Source: Mycolicibacterium smegmatis (GTDB lineage Bacteria; Actinomycetota; Actinomycetes; Mycobacteriales; Mycobacteriaceae). From it: DNA of 32,000 nucleotides. Each line of letters opens with the position of its first letter. Within the stretch, counting starts at the first letter, position 1. The stretch lies in contig NZ_LN831039.1 of the NCBI RefSeq assembly GCF_001457595.1, forward strand, positions 2,820,001 to 2,852,000, in the 5' to 3' direction. The position numbers were made by a program, and so were the translations under genes. Positions 27,593-32,000 of the stretch are shown here, one piece after another. The notes beneath the pieces are model-generated. The model was not told the DNA's origin. It saw nothing but the letters and a program-made list of their open reading frames with translations, and ran no database searches.

Positions 27593-29884
27593 CTACCCCG
27601 CGTTCCCGACGAGCAGTTGTCCCAGCGCGAGGCCGCCGTCGTTGGGTGGTACCCGGCAGGCGGTGAGCGCGTGGATCCCGCTGTCGCGCAGGCCCGCCAG
27701 CGTCAACCGGAGCAGCAGCGCGTTCTGGAACACGCCGCCGGTCAGCGCGACGGGACCACCCGCGGCCAGACGCGCGAGGTCGACGACGAGGTCCGCGACG
27801 GCCTGGTGGAAGCGCGCACTGATGACCGCGGGTGGCACGTGTGCCCGCAGGTCGGCGATCACCGCGGCGAGAACGGGCGCCGCATCGAAGGTCACCGGTC
27901 GGCGGTCCGTGTACATCGCGAAGGCGTACGCCGTTGCGCCGGTAGGGGTGTGACGTGCCTGCCCCTCCAGTTCGATCGCGGCCTGCGCCTCGTAGTCGAC
28001 GGTCTGGCGTACCCCGATCAACGCCGAGACGGCGTCGAACAGGCGGCCCATGCTCGACGTGGGTACACAGCCCGTTCCGGTGTTCAGTTGGCCGCACAGC
28101 GCGCGGCGTTCGCCCTCGGGACACGCCCGAACCGGTGGCAGGTCGGCATCCCACGGGATGCCTGCCGCCCACAGATGCGACAGCGCCATCCGGTAGGGCC
28201 GCCGCACGCTCACGTCACCGCCCGCGAGCGGCACATACGCGAGGTGGGCGATGCGCTCGAAACCCTTGTAGTCGGCGAGCAGGACCTCGCCGCCCCACAC
28301 CGCGCCGTCGGACCCGAAACCGGTGCCGTCGAACGCGATACCGAGCACGCGCGCTGACCCGTCCAAGCCGTGCTCGGCCATGACCGCCGCGATGTGCGCG
28401 TGGTGATGCTGCACCGACCGCACCGGCCGGCCCCCGGCGTTGCGGTGTGCCCAGGCCGTCGAACGGTATCCCGGGTGCGCGTCGGCGGCGAGCATGCGCG
28501 GCGTGGTGCCGGTGAGTGCCTGCAGGTGCGTCACCGCGCGGTCGAAAGCCGACAGCGCGGCGAGATCGTCCATGTCGCCGATGTAGCCGCTGAGCCACGC
28601 GTACTCGTGGTCGCCGACGGCGACGGTGTTCTTGAGATCGGCGCCCACCGCCAGCGTCGGCACGACCGGGACCGGTAACGCCACCGGCAGCGGCGCGTAG
28701 CCGCGGGACCGGCGGATCGCCATCTCGGAGACCTCGTCGTCGTCGACGACGCGGACCACGGAGTCGTCACACGGCACCAGGATCGCGCGGTCGTGTGTCA
28801 ACCATGCGTCGGCGAGGCCCGACAGACGTTGCAGCGCATCGTCGTCGGCGAAGCAGATCGGTTCGCCGCTGAGGTTGGCCGAGGTCATGACCAGCGCTGC
28901 AGGTCCCGGCGGGTCACCGGGAAGCCCGAACAGCAGGGCGTGCAGCGGACTGTAGGCCAGCATCACGCCCAGATCGGGGTTGTGTGGGGAAACCTCGGGG
29001 CAGACGAGGGTCTCGGACCGGCGTGGTATCAGCACGATGGGACGCTGCGGTCCGCACAGCAGGCGCGCCGCGACGTCGCCGACCTCGGCGACCGCGCGTG
29101 CGGTGGCGAGTTCGGCCACCATCACCGCGAACGGCTTGTCACCCCGGCGTTTCCGGTGTCTGAGTTCGGCGACGCTCACGCGGTTTGCGGCATCGCACGC
29201 GAGGTGGTAACCGCCTATGCCCTTGACCGCGACGATGCCGCCGGTGGCCAGCAGTTGCCGCGCGCGCTGCAGCGCGTGTTCACCGGTGGCGTGTTCACCC
29301 TCTGTGGTGAGCAAGCGCAGCGTGGGCCCACAGTTCGGGCAGCACACCGGTTGCGCGTGGAACCGCCGGTCGTCCGGATCGCGGTATTCGCGGGCGCACT
29401 CGGTGCACATCGGGAAGCCGGCCATGGTGGTGCTCGCGCGGTCGTACGGCAACGACGCGATGATCGTGAACCGCGGCCCGCAGTTCGTGCAGTTGATGAA
29501 TGCGTGGCGATGGCGGCGGTTGGCCGGATCCCGTTGCTCGGCGGCGCAGTCCCGGCACATCGCGACATCCGGTGACACCAGGGTGCGCCCACCATCGGCA
29601 CGTGAGGTGTCGGTGATGCGAAAGCCCGTGCCGCCCACGGTCGTGATGCGCCGTACCTCGACGGACTCGATCACCGCGAGCGGGGGAGGGCCGTCGTGCA
29701 GCCGCTGCAGGAACCGCTCGAGATCGCCCTCGTCACCCTCGATCTCGATGATCGCACCGGAACTGTCGTTGCGTACGTGCCCGGTCAGGCCCATCGCCGC
29801 GGCCGTGGTGTAGACGAACGGACGGAACCCGACCCCCTGGACGACGCCGTGCACGTCGATGCGGAGCCGCAGGCGCGCGGTCAC
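27593..29884 (-). CDS. hypF: Carbamoyltransferase HypF
   Basis: Acylphosphatase domain GVVQGVGFRPFVY, zinc fingers CRDCAAEQRDP.../CPNCGP, YrdC domain, HHHAH motif; GTG start at 29884. Confidence 0.97.
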   Translation of the reverse strand: MTARLRLRIDVHGVVQGVGFRPFVYTTAAAMGLTGHVRNDSSGAIIEIEGDEGDLERFLQRLHDGPPPLAVIESVEVRRITTVGGTGFRITDTSRADGGRTLVSPDVAMCRDCAAEQRDPANRRHRHAFINCTNCGPRFTIIASLPYDRASTTMAGFPMCTECAREYRDPDDRRFHAQPVCCPNCGPTLRLLTTEGEHATGEHALQRARQLLATGGIVAVKGIGGYHLACDAANRVSVAELRHRKRRGDKPFAVMVAELATARAVAEVGDVAARLLCGPQRPIVLIPRRSETLVCPEVSPHNPDLGVMLAYSPLHALLFGLPGDPPGPAALVMTSANLSGEPICFADDDALQRLSGLADAWLTHDRAILVPCDDSVVRVVDDDEVSEMAIRRSRGYAPLPVALPVPVVPTLAVGADLKNTVAVGDHEYAWLSGYIGDMDDLAALSAFDRAVTHLQALTGTTPRMLAADAHPGYRSTAWAHRNAGGRPVRSVQHHHAHIAAVMAEHGLDGSARVLGIAFDGTGFGSDGAVWGGEVLLADYKGFERIAHLAYVPLAGGDVSVRRPYRMALSHLWAAGIPWDADLPPVRACPEGERRALCGQLNTGTGCVPTSSMGRLFDAVSALIGVRQTVDYEAQAAIELEGQARHTPTGATAYAFAMYTDRRPVTFDAAPVLAAVIADLRAHVPPAVISARFHQAVADLVVDLARLAAGGPVALTGGVFQNALLLRLTLAGLRDSGIHALTACRVPPNDGGLALGQLLVGNAG

Positions 29885-30141
29885 GGCGCACCCCCGAGGG
29901 AGTCGGGCCGACCGCGTCCCATCAGTTCGAGGCCCTCCAGCGCGGCCTGCGCCCCGGCGGCGTCGGTCTTCTCGACGACGAAACCCATGTGGATGACCAC
30001 CCAGTCGCCTTCGGCGAACGTCTCCTCGGGCAGCATGCCGACATTGACCTTGCGATGCTCACCCGCGACGTCGACCAGGGCGAGTTGTCCGCCGTAGCCG
30101 TCGAGCATCCGGACCACCCGTCCGGGAATTCCCAGGCACAT
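29881..30141 (-). CDS. hypC: Hydrogenase maturation chaperone HypC (copy 2)
   Basis: MCLGIPGRVVRMLDGYGGQLALVDVAGEHRKVNVGMLPEETFAEGDWVVIHMGFVVEKTDAA. Confidence 0.94.
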   Translation of the reverse strand: MCLGIPGRVVRMLDGYGGQLALVDVAGEHRKVNVGMLPEETFAEGDWVVIHMGFVVEKTDAAGAQAALEGLELMGRGRPDSLGGAP

Positions 30142-30142
30142 G

Positions 30143-30625
30143 TCAGGTCCTCCGCACCGGGGTCCGGTGATCTGCCACCGCGGATCTGATCGCCTCGACC
30201 GCAGCGGGGACGGCGGCGGCGACCGCGTCGGACAGTCCGATGCCTTCGGCGACACTGCCCACCTCACAACCGATCACGACCGTGGGCGGCACGGCGCCGC
30301 CGAGGGCGCGCACGGTCGCGAACACGGCCGCGGGATCCATGGCGTGCGCATCGAGGCCGGGGGTCGTGTCCATGGGGTCGGCCTCGAAGACGCGTAGGGT
30401 CCCGGGCCGGACGCGACACGGCAGGGCGTCGACCAGCACCAGGAGGTCCCAGCCCTCGAGCAGGTCGTACGCCAGGTGCAGCCCGCGGATTCCGTAGTCG
30501 CACAGACGGACACCCGCGGCAGCCACGTCCGGTGGCACACGGCGCAGCACCTCGGGACCGAACCCGTCGTCACCGAGGAAGATGTTGCCGATGCCGGCCA
30601 CCAGGACCGAGTGCGTGATCGTCAC
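30143..30625 (-). CDS. Hydrogenase maturation endopeptidase (HyaD/HycI family)
   Basis: HSVLVAGIGNIFLGDDGFGPEVLRR...DYGIRGLHLAYDLLEGWDLLVLVDAL; GTG start. Confidence 0.92.
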   Translation of the reverse strand: MTITHSVLVAGIGNIFLGDDGFGPEVLRRVPPDVAAAGVRLCDYGIRGLHLAYDLLEGWDLLVLVDALPCRVRPGTLRVFEADPMDTTPGLDAHAMDPAAVFATVRALGGAVPPTVVIGCEVGSVAEGIGLSDAVAAAVPAAVEAIRSAVADHRTPVRRT

Positions 30626-30628
30626 TCC

Positions 30629-30748
30629 TCACATACGCCGCATCTTCAGATACCGCTGCGCGTCCGGTATCGAACGAACTCCGACCACCACGCCCGCGAC
30701 CACCACGGCCGCGACGACGACGACCGCGGCCCACCCGACTGCTTCCAT
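30629..30748 (-). CDS. 39-aa single-TM membrane peptide (DUF6893-like)
   Basis: Own translation: MEAVGWAAVVVVAAVVVAGVVVGVRSIPDAQRYLKMRRM; fills the gap between two operon genes with tight spacing. Confidence 0.72.
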   Translation of the reverse strand: MEAVGWAAVVVVAAVVVAGVVVGVRSIPDAQRYLKMRRM

Positions 30749-30773
30749 CTGGCACTCCTCTCACTGCGTCCGC

Positions 30774-32000
30774 TCATATGGGTTCGATTTCGTCCGGCGC
30801 GAAGTACAGGTAACGGCCGTACCAGTCGTGCAGGTCGGCCGCCGGATCGTCGTCGAGCACCACACCGACATGCCGTTCGCCGTCGACGTCCTCGTGAATG
30901 GAGGCCACCCAGGCGATCCGGTTGTCGAAGAACAGATCCTGTGCGTCGGCGCGGCGAGACGGATGCAGCCGCACCCGGCAGCCGCGGCTGACCGCGACAC
31001 CGTTGACCAGCACGGCATCGACCGCCGGGTCGACGGCGTTGTCCGCCAGCGGATCCCACCACGGCACGCCGTCGGGGACCTCCGGGAGCAGGCTGGACCG
31101 CTCATCGTCGGTGGTGCGCAGTACGCCGTGCAGGTCGAGCATCGCCTCGGCGGACATGGCGTCGCACCGGTCGATGATCTGCGCGGCGAGCGGGTCGGTC
31201 GCGCGCGCCAGCAGCTTCTCCTCGTCGGTCAGCGCCATCACGCGCAGGGTGAGGATCTCGTCGATCTCGCACGAGTCGTACAGGGCGCCCCGGCTCTGCG
31301 CGGCGATCTGGGGGTGGTCGTAGAGGATGATCGGTGAGACCAGCATGAGATCTCGGGTCCCGTCGGGCCCGGCCAGAACCGGGAAGCAGCGGTGCCGCTC
31401 ACACCGCGACACTGCTTCGGCCGCGCGATCATCCGGTTCGAGCAGTGACACGAACTCGCCGTCGTCGATCTCGGCGATCAGGTGGGTGCCGAGGAACGAC
31501 ACCGCGGTCGCGCTCTGCCTGTCCTCGACCGGAGCGGCGCGGTTGCGCACCGTCATCGTCACCCGGAACAGGTCGCCGTCGGGTTCGGCCCGAAGGAGCA
31601 GTTCACCGCACAGGGCCCGGCGGGTGCGAACCAGACGCCCGCCCTCGACGGTCTCGATCTCGCGGCCGCCTTCGACGGTGATCGGGTGCGTTCGCGAAGT
31701 CGTGAGATCATCGACATCGAACGGGCCGAGGGTGACCTGCTGCGCGACGGCCTCGTCCCAGCTCAGCCATGAGCCCGCGGTGGACACGAGTTCGTCGACG
31801 GGGACGAAACTTTCGCGCGCGGCGTCGTCGAGGTGGCGGCGCTCGGCCGACCTGTGCTGCAGCTGCAGGAAACGGACCGTCACCGAGAGCCGTCCGCGGC
31901 CGTCGCCGCGGACGAGGAGCTGTGCGGACATCGAGCTGTTCTCGCCGATCCCGGCGGATTCGGCGCCTTCGGGCCCCAGAACGCCCCACTGCCAACGGCA
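30774..32000 (-). CDS. Uncharacterised hydrogenase-operon protein, runs off window end
   Basis: The 385-aa ORF called at 30774..31931 stays open to the edge (CRWQWGVLGPEGAESAGIGENSSMSAQLLVRG...); ends in ...DWYGRYLYFAPDEIEPI. Confidence 0.75.
   Translation of the reverse strand, partial: CRWQWGVLGPEGAESAGIGENSSMSAQLLVRGDGRGRLSVTVRFLQLQHRSAERRHLDDAARESFVPVDELVSTAGSWLSWDEAVAQQVTLGPFDVDDLTTSRTHPITVEGGREIETVEGGRLVRTRRALCGELLLRAEPDGDLFRVTMTVRNRAAPVEDRQSATAVSFLGTHLIAEIDDGEFVSLLEPDDRAAEAVSRCERHRCFPVLAGPDGTRDLMLVSPIILYDHPQIAAQSRGALYDSCEIDEILTLRVMALTDEEKLLARATDPLAAQIIDRCDAMSAEAMLDLHGVLRTTDDERSSLLPEVPDGVPWWDPLADNAVDPAVDAVLVNGVAVSRGCRVRLHPSRRADAQDLFFDNRIAWVASIHEDVDGERHVGVVLDDDPAADLHDWYGRYLYFAPDEIEPI

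Noticed and set aside
26155-27666. 503-aa plus-strand ORF opposite the SIS-HypC-like and DUF6390-like genes
   Set aside because: Runs antisense across three tightly coupled minus-strand genes; composition typical of GC-driven shadow frames.

Overview
High-GC mycobacterial window, most like Mycolicibacterium smegmatis or a close relative. Three parts can be read. (1) 1-746 is one end of an IS3-family element that truncates an MMPL/RND transporter gene. (2) 2395-21237 is a core block whose gene order matches, inverted, the M. tuberculosis Rv2754c-Rv2738c segment: thyX, dapA, RNase J, SDR, ABM monooxygenase, ftsK, argA-like NAT, pgsA, cinA-like, clgR, pspA, pspM, ephG-like, glycosyltransferase, DUF3046. 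A GntR/permease/peptidase module precedes it. (3) 21250-32000 is a minus-strand [NiFe]-hydrogenase maturation/accessory operon: hypD, hypC, hypE, a SIS-domain protein, a SIS-HypC/HupF-like fusion, a 63-aa disordered ORF, a DUF6390-like protein, hypF, a second hypC, a maturation endopeptidase, a 39-aa membrane peptide and a long uncharacterised protein running off the window. An apparently intact IS110-family element sits between hypC and hypE. No CRISPR array, tRNA or rRNA was recognised. Main second-look items: the unusual, tightly coupled accessory genes in the hydrogenase operon; a possible bridge-RNA region in the IS110 element; several perfect palindromes in promoter regions, the best being a GntR-type operator at 6008-6034; and a SigE-like promoter before clgR. 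Gene assignments come from recognising protein motifs and families by eye; no database search was run.
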